From assembly GCA_963728565.1 (NCBI GenBank), contig CAVSLC010000001.1, positions 64,001 to 128,000 on the forward strand: a DNA stretch of 64,000 nt, read 5' to 3'. Shown here piece by piece: positions 9,014 through 17,602 of the stretch; within the stretch, counting starts at the first letter, position 1, and each line of letters opens with the position of its first letter. Origin of the DNA: an uncultured delta proteobacterium (GTDB taxonomy: Bacteria; Desulfobacterota; Binatia; UBA9968). Position numbers and translations under genes: made by a program. The notes below the pieces were generated by a model. It was not told where the DNA came from. It was given only the letters and a program-made list of their open reading frames with translations, and made no database searches.

Positions 9014-9625
9014 GTGAAATTAATAGGCCTTACCGGCGGCATCGCTTCGGGGAAGAGCACCGTTTCAGCTATTCTTCGCCGACTTGGCGCCCAAGTCATC
9101 GATGCCGATGCGCTTGCCCGCGAAGTTGTCGAGCCGCATCAGCCGGGCTGGAATGAGATCGTCGATACTTTCGGTAAGGAGATCCTGCGGTCGGACCAAA
9201 CACTGGATCGGAAAAAATTGAGAAAACTTGTCTTCGACGAGCCGAAAGCGCGAAAACAGCTGGAAGCCATCACCCATCCCAAGATTCGCCGATTGGCGCA
9301 GGAAAAAATTGCAGAGTGCGCTGCTACCGGAGCGCCTCTTGTGGTTTATGAAGCGCCGCTCTTATTTGAAACCGGGATTCATCTTTGGCTTCGCCCGGTC
9401 ATTCTAGTGGCCTGCGACACTGCGGCTCAGAAACGGCGTCTCCGCCAGCGAGATAGCTTAACCGAAGCGGAAATTGAGCAACATCTCGGAGCTCAAATGA
9501 GCTTGGAGGAAAAACGAAAGCTGGCGGACTATGTGATCGACAACAACGGCACCCTTGAGGATCTCGAGAGTACGGTCGAAGAGGCTAGTCCAAACGATTC
9601 TCGCTACTTGACCCGTTCCAGATAA
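9014..9625 (+). CDS. coaE: Dephospho-CoA kinase
   Basis: IGLTGGIASGKST P-loop, IDAD, LEAITHP, PLLFE; the last few codons may be frameshifted (overlap with efp). Confidence 0.95.
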   Translation: MKLIGLTGGIASGKSTVSAILRRLGAQVIDADALAREVVEPHQPGWNEIVDTFGKEILRSDQTLDRKKLRKLVFDEPKARKQLEAITHPKIRRLAQEKIAECAATGAPLVVYEAPLLFETGIHLWLRPVILVACDTAAQKRRLRQRDSLTEAEIEQHLGAQMSLEEKRKLADYVIDNNGTLEDLESTVEEASPNDSRYLTRSR

Positions 9626-10164
9626 CTGCCCTCTGCGGGATCCACTCTCACTCTATCGCCGACTTGAACAAACGGCGGCACTTGAATGGTAACTCCGGTT
9701 TCGAGTTTCGCCGGTTTGTAGGACGCGCTTGCCGTAGCTCCTTTCATCGAGGGTTCGGTATCGACGACTTCCAGATCCACGGTGGATGGCGGGCTGATCC
9801 CCACCGGCTTACCATCGTACAATTCCACTTCCACCACATGATTAGGCAGCAGAAACGATAGCAGGTCTCCGATATCATCGGCCGATAATGTCATCTGCTC
9901 ATAGTTCTCAGTGTCCATGAAGGTGTGCATATCTCCTTCAGCATATAAGTATTGCATCTGTCGAGTTTGCAAAATCGCCTGGTCGACACGATCTTCAGAG
10001 CGAAACTTGTATTCGGTACCTACACCGGTACGTAGGCTTTTCATTTTAGTCTGCATGAATCCCCGCTTGTTGCCGGGGGTCAGATGGTGCACCGCGGTGA
10101 CACGATAGAGATCATTTTCATGAACGATAATCATGCCGGGTCTTAGTTGAGTTGCTTGAATCAT
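9604..10164 (-). CDS. efp: Translation elongation factor P
   Basis: MQYLY, KGATA, KPAKLETG, VPPFV..GD motifs; loop reads TPGNKRG. Confidence 0.96.
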   Translation of the reverse strand: MIQATQLRPGMIIVHENDLYRVTAVHHLTPGNKRGFMQTKMKSLRTGVGTEYKFRSEDRVDQAILQTRQMQYLYAEGDMHTFMDTENYEQMTLSADDIGDLLSFLLPNHVVEVELYDGKPVGISPPSTVDLEVVDTEPSMKGATASASYKPAKLETGVTIQVPPFVQVGDRVRVDPAEGSYLERVK

Positions 10165-10243
10165 ATTAACTTCCTTCCTTCGCCACCGCCGCTGTTGTTA
10201 CCGGGGTGCTACGCTTCATCTATTCGTCTAGTTCAACCTATAA

Positions 10244-11503
10244 TCATGCATACAAGCCGCGCCATAGCATGGCCCGCGCAACGCGATCGATGCCGATCAT
10301 CAAAGCGGCTAGCCGCATTTCGACCTCTTGTTTCTGACTCATCTGCAGGACTTCGTGAAATGCTTTGACCAGAATATCCCGCAATTTTCTGGTAATCTCC
10401 TCTTCAGTCCAAAAGAAATTTTGCAAGTCCTGCACCCATTCAAAGTACGACACAACCACACCGCCGGCATTGGCCAAGATGTCGGGGATGACAAAGATGT
10501 CCTTATCCCGCAGTATTGCATCGGCTTCCGGCGTTGTGGGACCATTCGCTCCCTCTGCCAGGATGCGACACTGCAAACGTTGAGCATTTTCTTTGGTGAT
10601 CTGCATTTCCAATGCAGCCGGAACTAGAATGTCGCATTTAAGCTCCAAGAGTTCTGCATTGGTAATTTTCTGTCCGTACGGGAAAGCTTCAAGACTATGA
10701 GTTTGAGAGGCGATCTCGAGCAGTCTGGCTATCGGCAAACCGTTGGCGTCATAAAAGCCGCCCGTCCGATCTGCCACACCGATTATCCTCACGCCGATGT
10801 CATTGAGTTCCTTTACGACGACCGAGCCGACATTACCAAATCCTTGGACTGCCGCGGTGCATTTGCTGAGATCAATTCCTAGATGGTTAGCGGCTTCGAT
10901 GATCGTGTATACAACACCACGACCGGTTGCTTCTCTTCGTCCCAAGGTACCACCGATAGCGACCGGCTTCCCGGTGACTATTTCGGGAACTGCGTGGCCT
11001 TTGTGCTGCGAGTAAGTGTCCATAATCCAGGCCATGATCTGCTCGTTGGTTCCCATATCCGGCGCCGGCACATCGATCTCGGGGCCGATGAAGTTGAGGA
11101 TTTCAGCAGTGTAACGCCTGGTCATGGATTGAAGCTCATTGCGTGACAACTCGGCCGGGTCGCAGGCGATACCGCCCTTTGCTCCGCCAAGGGGAAGGCC
11201 CACAAGGGAGCATTTCCAAGTCATCCACATCGCCAAAGCGGAGACTTCGCCCAGGCTTACACTTGGGTGGTATCGGAGTCCTCCTTTGAACGGCCCCAAA
11301 ACATCATTGTGCTGCACTCGATAGCCGGTGAAAACATTGACCCTACCATCGTCCATTCGGGTGGGCACACTGACAACCATGGCCCGGTCCGGCCTGCGCA
11401 ATCGAACAGCAAGATTGGGATCAAGTCCCAGCTTGGCAGCGGCGACATCGAATTGTTGCACGGCCATGTCGCTGGTTTCATTGCGCCATTCAGTAGTCGC
11501 CAT
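10244..11503 (-). CDS. Glu/Leu/Phe/Val dehydrogenase (glutamate dehydrogenase)
   Basis: GPFKGGLRYHP, GGAKGG, DVPAPD, QGFGNVG, EGANGP, NAGGV motifs. Confidence 0.95.
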   Translation of the reverse strand: MATTEWRNETSDMAVQQFDVAAAKLGLDPNLAVRLRRPDRAMVVSVPTRMDDGRVNVFTGYRVQHNDVLGPFKGGLRYHPSVSLGEVSALAMWMTWKCSLVGLPLGGAKGGIACDPAELSRNELQSMTRRYTAEILNFIGPEIDVPAPDMGTNEQIMAWIMDTYSQHKGHAVPEIVTGKPVAIGGTLGRREATGRGVVYTIIEAANHLGIDLSKCTAAVQGFGNVGSVVVKELNDIGVRIIGVADRTGGFYDANGLPIARLLEIASQTHSLEAFPYGQKITNAELLELKCDILVPAALEMQITKENAQRLQCRILAEGANGPTTPEADAILRDKDIFVIPDILANAGGVVVSYFEWVQDLQNFFWTEEEITRKLRDILVKAFHEVLQMSQKQEVEMRLAALMIGIDRVARAMLWRGLYA

Positions 11504-11553
11504 ATAGCTTCGTTAGCTCCATGATATTTCTTTGTTAAAATCAGCGACTCGCA

Positions 11554-11898
11554 CTAGCCGGGAGGCCAACCCATCTGACGGCCACCGAGCAGGTGGTAAT
11601 GCAGGTGAAAAACGGTCTGACCGGCATCGGCGCCGCAATTGACGACGATACGATAACCGCTTTTTGCGACTCCGAGCTGCTCGGCTAGCTTCCCGGCTGC
11701 GCGGAAAACTGCAGCAACTATCTTGCCGTCGTTCGGCGTTAAATCCGAAAGCATCGCGATATGCGCAGTCGGTATGATCAAAACATGAACCGGCGCTCGG
11801 GGCACGATGTCCTTGAAGGCGATCACGGTTTCATCGCGGTAGACGACATCGGCTTTGATGCTGCCATTGACGATCCCGCAGAAGAGGCAATCACTCAT
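11554..11898 (-). CDS. Histidine triad nucleotide-binding protein (HinT family)
   Basis: CLFC N-terminus, AGQTVFHLHYHLLGGR, WPPG end. Confidence 0.95.
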   Translation of the reverse strand: MSDCLFCGIVNGSIKADVVYRDETVIAFKDIVPRAPVHVLIIPTAHIAMLSDLTPNDGKIVAAVFRAAGKLAEQLGVAKSGYRIVVNCGADAGQTVFHLHYHLLGGRQMGWPPG

Positions 11899-11928
11899 AC
11901 TCGCGCTCCGGTTTTATCTTCGATCGAA

Positions 11929-12306
11929 TCAATCCCCGGCATCTGAGCATTTGGCAAAAATTTTCTCGCCTTCGATTTCCAGCGAGACACTCTGGAGCGC
12001 AAGACCGGCGCAGGGGCCCCAGATACAGTCGCCGGTCTTGGGCTCGAACACGGCGCCATGATTGGCGCACATCAGATAACGACCATCGACCGAGAAGAAC
12101 TGATTATCAACCCAATCCAATGTGATTCCGACATGAGGGCAACGGTTTCTATAAGCGAAGAATGTCCCCTCGTAATTGACGAGTAATGCTTCCAAGTCGC
12201 GATCGCCGGACCGGATGGTAAATTTTTTACTGGCGCCATGAGCCAGTTCACCCACTTGGCCGACGAGTTTTCTTTTGCCGATCTTTTTTTCTTTGGCTGC
12301 AGTCAT
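11929..12306 (-). CDS. Rieske [2Fe-2S] ferredoxin
   Basis: NRCPH...CANHGAVF...GPCAG motifs. Confidence 0.92.
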   Translation of the reverse strand: MTAAKEKKIGKRKLVGQVGELAHGASKKFTIRSGDRDLEALLVNYEGTFFAYRNRCPHVGITLDWVDNQFFSVDGRYLMCANHGAVFEPKTGDCIWGPCAGLALQSVSLEIEGEKIFAKCSDAGD

Positions 12307-12315
12307 GCTGGCGCT

Positions 12316-12795
12316 TCACTCCTTGAGATAGGACAGGTCTCCTTCCGGGCATCCGACCAAAATTTCGCCCCGATCTACTCTGACGGGCAAGCGATAGAGC
12401 GCTTGGCCCTTGCAAGGTCCGTCAACACACAACCCGGTGGCAAATTCATAAAGAGCGCCATGGGTATAGCACATCAAGTATTTCCCGTCAGCGCTGACAA
12501 ATCGGTCACGAATAAAATCCAAAGGCGTCGGCATATGGCGGCAGCGATTCACATAAGCATGAAAGTTTCCTCGTTCGTTCACTAAAAACCCGTCGACCCG
12601 ATACTTTTGGCAAATGATCCAAAATTTCTTGACCGAACCGGGACTCAGGTCTTCGACCTGGCTGATAACTCTGGCGCCATCGCGGCTTTCATCGCGCATC
12701 CGCCGTTTGTCGCGCAAAAAGTTGCCTCGGTGAATGCCTAGGCTAACTAGGTAAAGAACAAGAAAAACAATCGACAGGTAAACAGTGATTTCCAC
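12316..12795 (-). CDS. Rieske [2Fe-2S] ferredoxin with N-terminal membrane anchor
   Basis: Hydrophobic ITVYLSIVFLVLYLVSLGI; NRCRH...CYTHGALY...GPCKG. Confidence 0.9.
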   Translation of the reverse strand: MEITVYLSIVFLVLYLVSLGIHRGNFLRDKRRMRDESRDGARVISQVEDLSPGSVKKFWIICQKYRVDGFLVNERGNFHAYVNRCRHMPTPLDFIRDRFVSADGKYLMCYTHGALYEFATGLCVDGPCKGQALYRLPVRVDRGEILVGCPEGDLSYLKE

Positions 12796-12813
12796 GGCAG
12801 GTAAGTGAGAGAG

Positions 12814-13137
12814 CTATTTCGAATCCTTATCGACCGAATGACGGATCCGCTTGACGTTCTCAGTTGTCTGCTGCCCTGATATTCCCATGACCTTCATCAA
12901 CTCAGTTGTCATTTCGGCAGTGACCTGATCTTGTACGCTTCCGTTTCCGTCCGGGTCGGCTTTCAAGAAGGTCATGATCTTCTGCTTGGCCACTCCAGTC
13001 TGCTCGAGCCCATCGAGAAACTCGCCAAATCCGACTTTGCCACGCAACTCATCGACTCGCCCCATGAGCTTTTTACAGTCCGGACACATACGCGACCACA
13101 AACTCGAGCGGTCGCCGCAGTAAACACATTGACGCAT
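12814..13137 (-). CDS. Hypothetical protein with N-terminal zinc ribbon
   Basis: CVYC-x10-CPDC; tightly packed in the operon. Confidence 0.8.
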   Translation of the reverse strand: MRQCVYCGDRSSLWSRMCPDCKKLMGRVDELRGKVGFGEFLDGLEQTGVAKQKIMTFLKADPDGNGSVQDQVTAEMTTELMKVMGISGQQTTENVKRIRHSVDKDSK

Positions 13138-13155
13138 ATCGATAACGATTAGAAT

Positions 13156-13959
13156 TTATCCGTCGCGTGCCATAGCTTCCACCCACAAGCGCTGCAGTCC
13201 GTCGGCCAAAGATGCATTGGCGGCAACAACGCCGCGATGTTTGGCTTGCGGCCGATTAAACATCAAATCAGCGCCGGGCCCATCAACAACTTTGCCGCCG
13301 GCCTCGAGCACAATCAACACGCCTGCGCAGATATCCCACTCGTGAATCGAGCGGAACGTCAGCGTGCCATCGCCGTCACCCCCGGCTATTTTGGCCAATC
13401 TAAAGGCAATGCTGCCGACTTTCTGGATCTCGCAATGGTCGACGAATACCTGGAATTTCCGCTGCGGCTCCGAGCGGCTGACCAGCAGCAACGCGCCCTC
13501 TAGCGAACTGCGTTGAGAAACGCTAATCGGCTTATCGTTCAAGTAGGCTCCCTGGCCGGCCGCGGCCTTGTAGAGCGAATCTTCGGCCGGGTTGTAAACC
13601 GCCGCGACAGTTGGCCGCCCATCAACGACGAAGCCAATTGACACTGCAAACTGGGGGACGCCTTCAATAAATTCTTTAGTCCCATCTATTGGATCAATGA
13701 TCCAAATTCGGGAGGAACTCAGCCGTTTCGGGCTGTCCCGATCTTCCTCGGAAAGCCATCCGTCGTTTGCAAACCTGCCCGTGATAATTTCGCGAATTCT
13801 GCGATTTGCTTCGATATCGGCGGTCGTGACGGGATTATTTTTACTCTTTTCACGAATATCAAATTGTCCCTTGAACAGCCGCATCACAATCGAGCCTGCT
13901 TCGCGGACCGCTTCTTCGGCAGTCGCCAACTCTTCTCTATAATCATGATCAGCCGTCAT
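13156..13959 (-). CDS. Inositol monophosphatase family / CysQ-like 3'(2'),5'-bisphosphate nucleotidase
   Basis: PVTTAD, LSEE, WIIDPIDGTKEF, HEWDICAG motifs. Confidence 0.92.
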   Translation of the reverse strand: MTADHDYREELATAEEAVREAGSIVMRLFKGQFDIREKSKNNPVTTADIEANRRIREIITGRFANDGWLSEEDRDSPKRLSSSRIWIIDPIDGTKEFIEGVPQFAVSIGFVVDGRPTVAAVYNPAEDSLYKAAAGQGAYLNDKPISVSQRSSLEGALLLVSRSEPQRKFQVFVDHCEIQKVGSIAFRLAKIAGGDGDGTLTFRSIHEWDICAGVLIVLEAGGKVVDGPGADLMFNRPQAKHRGVVAANASLADGLQRLWVEAMARDG

Positions 13960-14052
13960 TAACCACCTTGAGCGCTAAATCGGTTTTCGGGACGGGACAC
14001 CCAGCCAAACCGATAGGGAACCTAGCATCGATGTTCAGAGCGACAACAAATT

Positions 14053-14646
14053 TCATTCAAGACGAAAACTGTCTACAGGAGATGCGACGATAACCCCGGC
14101 GTTGACCATAGCGTCAATGGCTTGAGCAGAATCCTCGGGTTGGAGATTGACGCCGCAGATTGCGTCTTGGAGAAGGACAACCTGAAATCCCTGCATGAGG
14201 CCTTCGAGCACAGTTTCTTTGACACAATAATCGGTGGCCAATCCGCCGACATAAATCCGTTCGATTCCGCGTTGCCTTAGAAGATCTTTCAAAGCCGCGC
14301 CGCGCGAATCCGCGGCAGCAAAAGCGGAGTAGCTATCCTCGTCTGCGGCCGTCCCTTTGGATAGAACGACAGCATCGTTGCTGATCTTCAAGTCAGGATG
14401 AAACTCTGCGCCTTTTGATCCTTGAATGCAGTGAGGCGGCCATACCCCTCCTGCCGTATTGAAATGACTCGTCCTCGGCGGATGCCAGTCCCGAGTAACA
14501 AAGACCGGCATGCCCGCTTGAACGAACCTTTCAATGTAGCGGTTGAGAACCGGCACAATACGATCGCCGTTCTGCACGGCCAGAGCGCCGCCTGGACAGA
14601 AATCATTTTGCACGTCGACAATCAACAGCGCTTTGTTCATTTCCAT
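14053..14646 (-). CDS. pncA: Nicotinamidase/pyrazinamidase
   Basis: VDVQNDFCPGGAL, DWHP, WPPHC, SKG, GLATDYCV. Confidence 0.95.
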   Translation of the reverse strand: MEMNKALLIVDVQNDFCPGGALAVQNGDRIVPVLNRYIERFVQAGMPVFVTRDWHPPRTSHFNTAGGVWPPHCIQGSKGAEFHPDLKISNDAVVLSKGTAADEDSYSAFAAADSRGAALKDLLRQRGIERIYVGGLATDYCVKETVLEGLMQGFQVVLLQDAICGVNLQPEDSAQAIDAMVNAGVIVASPVDSFRLE

Positions 14647-14716
14647 CGATTTGTATTCATTATAGAGAATGATACCGTCGTTGCAATTGAGACTGTCGGA
14701 ACAAATGGATCACTGA

Positions 14717-15421
14717 ATGTCAATCAAAGCAGTTTTCTTCGACGCCGCGGGAACCCTCATTACGCCGGTCAGGCCCGTGGGTCAAACTTATAGTTCATTC
14801 GCTAAAACCTACGGCATGGAGGTTTCTTCTTTAGAGATCTCGGAACGTTTTCGAACCTGTTTTGACGCCTCGCCCCCGCTCACGTTTGGTCCGGTCTCGC
14901 CGGGATCATTCGAACAGCTCGAGCGCGATTGGTGGAAAAAACTAGTGCAGTGCGTCTTTCAACCCCTGGGACGGTTCGAGCAATTCGATCAATTTTTCAG
15001 CGAACTGTTTTCATATTTTGCCCGACCGGAGGCTTGGACTTTGTACCCTGATGTCGTAGAAACCTTGTCGACCCTGCAAAAACGCGGCTTGGCGTTGGAT
15101 GTCATCTCCAATTTTGATTCTCGTCTAATCGAAATACTCGCGGGACTCGGGATGGCCGGCTATTTTGAAGAGGTTTTCATTTCAAGCCGGGTCGGTCATG
15201 CAAAACCTGCGCGGCAGATCTTTGAAATGGCCTTGAAACGGCACAGCCTGACGCCTGGCGAGGCCATGCACGTCGGCGATAGCGAAGAAAACGATTTATA
15301 CGGTGCCGCTAACGCCGGACTGTTGGGAGTTCTCATCGATCGAAGATCGTATGAACGGCCGGGGAACTATCGGCAGATTAAAACTCTGAACGAAATTATC
15401 TCAATTCTCGATCAGGATTAA
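14717..15421 (+). CDS. HAD-superfamily hydrolase (REG-2-like)
   Basis: FFDAAGTL, ISNFD, KP, HVGDS..ND motifs. Confidence 0.92.
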   Translation: MSIKAVFFDAAGTLITPVRPVGQTYSSFAKTYGMEVSSLEISERFRTCFDASPPLTFGPVSPGSFEQLERDWWKKLVQCVFQPLGRFEQFDQFFSELFSYFARPEAWTLYPDVVETLSTLQKRGLALDVISNFDSRLIEILAGLGMAGYFEEVFISSRVGHAKPARQIFEMALKRHSLTPGEAMHVGDSEENDLYGAANAGLLGVLIDRRSYERPGNYRQIKTLNEIISILDQD

Positions 15422-15486
15422 AGGCGGTTGCACACTTGACACGCCAGGGCGGCTACGGTAAACGCCTGCTAACTTTGGGGGAATGA

Positions 15487-16200
15487 ATGGCACAATCTAG
15501 CTGGCAACAAACTACATCCGACAACAGCACGATGCGCATGCACTTGAGCGTTGCCGAAGGACCCGGTCCTTTTCCAGGCATGGTGGTCATCCAGCACCAA
15601 TGGGGCGTTGACGAGTTCATGCAGAGTATCACAGCGCGATTAGCGCAAGCGGGCTACGTCGCCGCTGCGCCGGATCTCTATCACCGCGATGGCCCTGAAT
15701 GCACCGACGATGTTATTGCACGCCGCTCCCGGCTCAGTGATCGCAAAGTTATCAATGATGTCCATGCGAGCGTGAAATTCCTGCGATCTCAACCGGCCGT
15801 TGATGAGAATCGATTGGGCATTATCGGTTTTTGCATGGGCGGTCGCATCGTCTATCTCATGGCTGCTGCCAGTTCCGACTTTAAAGCGGCGGTCGTTTTC
15901 TACGGAGGTAACACGTTTCGCGCCTGGGGCCGCGACCTTCCCTCGCCATTTGAGCGGACTTCGGAAATTCATTGCGCGCTCCAAGGTCACTTCGGCGCCG
16001 ATGATCAGAACCCGTCCCCCGACGATATGCGCAAGCTCGATCTTGAGCTTACGAAGTTTGACAAAAAGCACGAGTTCTATTCATACCCGGACGCCGCCCA
16101 TGCATTCATGGACCATACCCGTGAGAGCTACCGCCGTCATGCAGATGAGGCTGCGTGGCCGCGAACTTTGGAGTTTTTGACAGCGCATTTGTCAACTTAG
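15487..16200 (+). CDS. Dienelactone hydrolase family protein
   Basis: GFCMGG nucleophile, HAF catalytic His, AAWPRTLEF end. Confidence 0.93.
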   Translation: MAQSSWQQTTSDNSTMRMHLSVAEGPGPFPGMVVIQHQWGVDEFMQSITARLAQAGYVAAAPDLYHRDGPECTDDVIARRSRLSDRKVINDVHASVKFLRSQPAVDENRLGIIGFCMGGRIVYLMAAASSDFKAAVVFYGGNTFRAWGRDLPSPFERTSEIHCALQGHFGADDQNPSPDDMRKLDLELTKFDKKHEFYSYPDAAHAFMDHTRESYRRHADEAAWPRTLEFLTAHLST

Positions 16201-16241
16201 CCGGTCCTGTAAAGTGAACGATAACGATCAAGGATAACAAC

Positions 16242-16934
16242 GTGCGCAATACCAGACCGGAACGCAAAGCCGTGGCGGACGCCCTGGTTCGAGAACGCCA
16301 ACGAATCTCGCGCGAGCTCCATGACCGGGCGCTGCAAATCTTATCAAGCGTTAGATTAAGAGCTGAAGTATGCCGCGACCAGCTCGTGACCGACCAAGAA
16401 TCTTTACGGCGGGAGCTAAAAATTATCGAGAAAGAAATCGACACAGTCATCCTCGAAATCCGCAACATACTCGCTGAGACCCAAGAACGAAGAGAACTCA
16501 AGGCGGGCTCGTTGGAGCGAAGACTCAAGGCGGAGCTCGATATCTTTCGCGCGCGAACCGGTTTTAACTTGGATTTTCGCTGCACTGTGCATGCGCGCGA
16601 CTTGCCCCAGGAGATCGAACGAGAATTGTATTTCACGTTGAGAGAAGGCGTTCTCAACGCTGTGCGACATGCCCGTGCATCGCAACTGACATTGGCGCTA
16701 TCCAGAGATGCCACGAGCTGCAACGCCCGATTGATCGATAATGGTGTCGGCTTCGACATGTCGACAGCGGAAGGCGGCAATCATTACGGCCTAAGAAGCA
16801 TGCGCGAGCGAATGAAGAGGGTCGGCGGCGAGCTCACGGTAGAGTCGGCGCCGGGGGCCGGCACACGGCTCTACATCACAATACCTTTGGGCGAACCAGT
16901 GAATGCTTCGGGATCGGCTAAAACACCCGTCTAA
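16242..16934 (+). CDS. NarX/UhpB-type (HisKA_3) histidine kinase with no sensor domain
   Basis: RERQRISRELHD H-box, EGVLNAVRHA N-box, DNGVGF, GLRSMRER; AAGGA RBS before GTG. Confidence 0.88.
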   Translation: MRNTRPERKAVADALVRERQRISRELHDRALQILSSVRLRAEVCRDQLVTDQESLRRELKIIEKEIDTVILEIRNILAETQERRELKAGSLERRLKAELDIFRARTGFNLDFRCTVHARDLPQEIERELYFTLREGVLNAVRHARASQLTLALSRDATSCNARLIDNGVGFDMSTAEGGNHYGLRSMRERMKRVGGELTVESAPGAGTRLYITIPLGEPVNASGSAKTPV

Positions 16935-17043
16935 TCTAACATTAACAAGCGCCAAAGCTACGCAGCGGAATACTATCCCAAGAAGCTGCGGTTAGGTCTA
17001 AGGAGTTCTCCGTAGCCGAAGCTGTCGATGCTGCGCAGACGAT

Positions 17044-17544
17044 TCATTGCGCGGCGAGATTGGCCAAACTTTCTCCCGTCAGCCGAAACACGGTCCAACC
17101 GTTCATTGGGACCGCACCGAGCTTGGTATAGAAATCTACGGCGGGTTTATTCCAGTCTAGCACAGACCATTCGAGCCGGCCGCAGTTTCGCTCGATGGCT
17201 AAGCGCGCTACGTAGCGCAGTAACGCTGCCCCGAACCCCCTCCTGCGGTATGGTTCATCGACGAAGAGATCCTCAATGTAGAGCCCCGGCCGGCCCAAGA
17301 AAGTCGAATAGTTGTGGAAGAACAGCACCAAGCCAATCGGTTTGCTCTGGAAAAAGCCGATGGCAACCTCCGCCGTTTTCCCCGAGCTAAATAGGGTCTC
17401 CCTCAACGACTCCTCGGTGGCGACGACTTCGTCCGCAAGTCTTTCATAGTGGGCGAGCTTTTTGATGAAACAAAGAATCAACGGCACATCATCGATAGTA
17501 GCCCGGCGTATTTCAAAATCCGGCAAACTCCCCGAGAAACTCAT
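17044..17544 (-). CDS. GNAT family N-acetyltransferase (diamine acetyltransferase-like)
   Basis: FHNYSTFLGRPGLYIEDLFV, RRRGFG, RLEWSVLDWN; start moved to ATG 17544 (GAGGA RBS). Confidence 0.92.
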   Translation of the reverse strand: MSFSGSLPDFEIRRATIDDVPLILCFIKKLAHYERLADEVVATEESLRETLFSSGKTAEVAIGFFQSKPIGLVLFFHNYSTFLGRPGLYIEDLFVDEPYRRRGFGAALLRYVARLAIERNCGRLEWSVLDWNKPAVDFYTKLGAVPMNGWTVFRLTGESLANLAAQ

Positions 17545-17602
17545 GTGTCCTCTTTGGCCAGGGTCAATCCCTGCGCTCTGCTCGATGGAGCCAGCGAAGA
17601 AG

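Noticed and set aside
9604-9625. Convergent coaE/efp overlap as a regulatory feature
   Set aside because: An alternate frame gives a natural ending ELVQTILAT*, so most of the overlap is probably an indel artefact.
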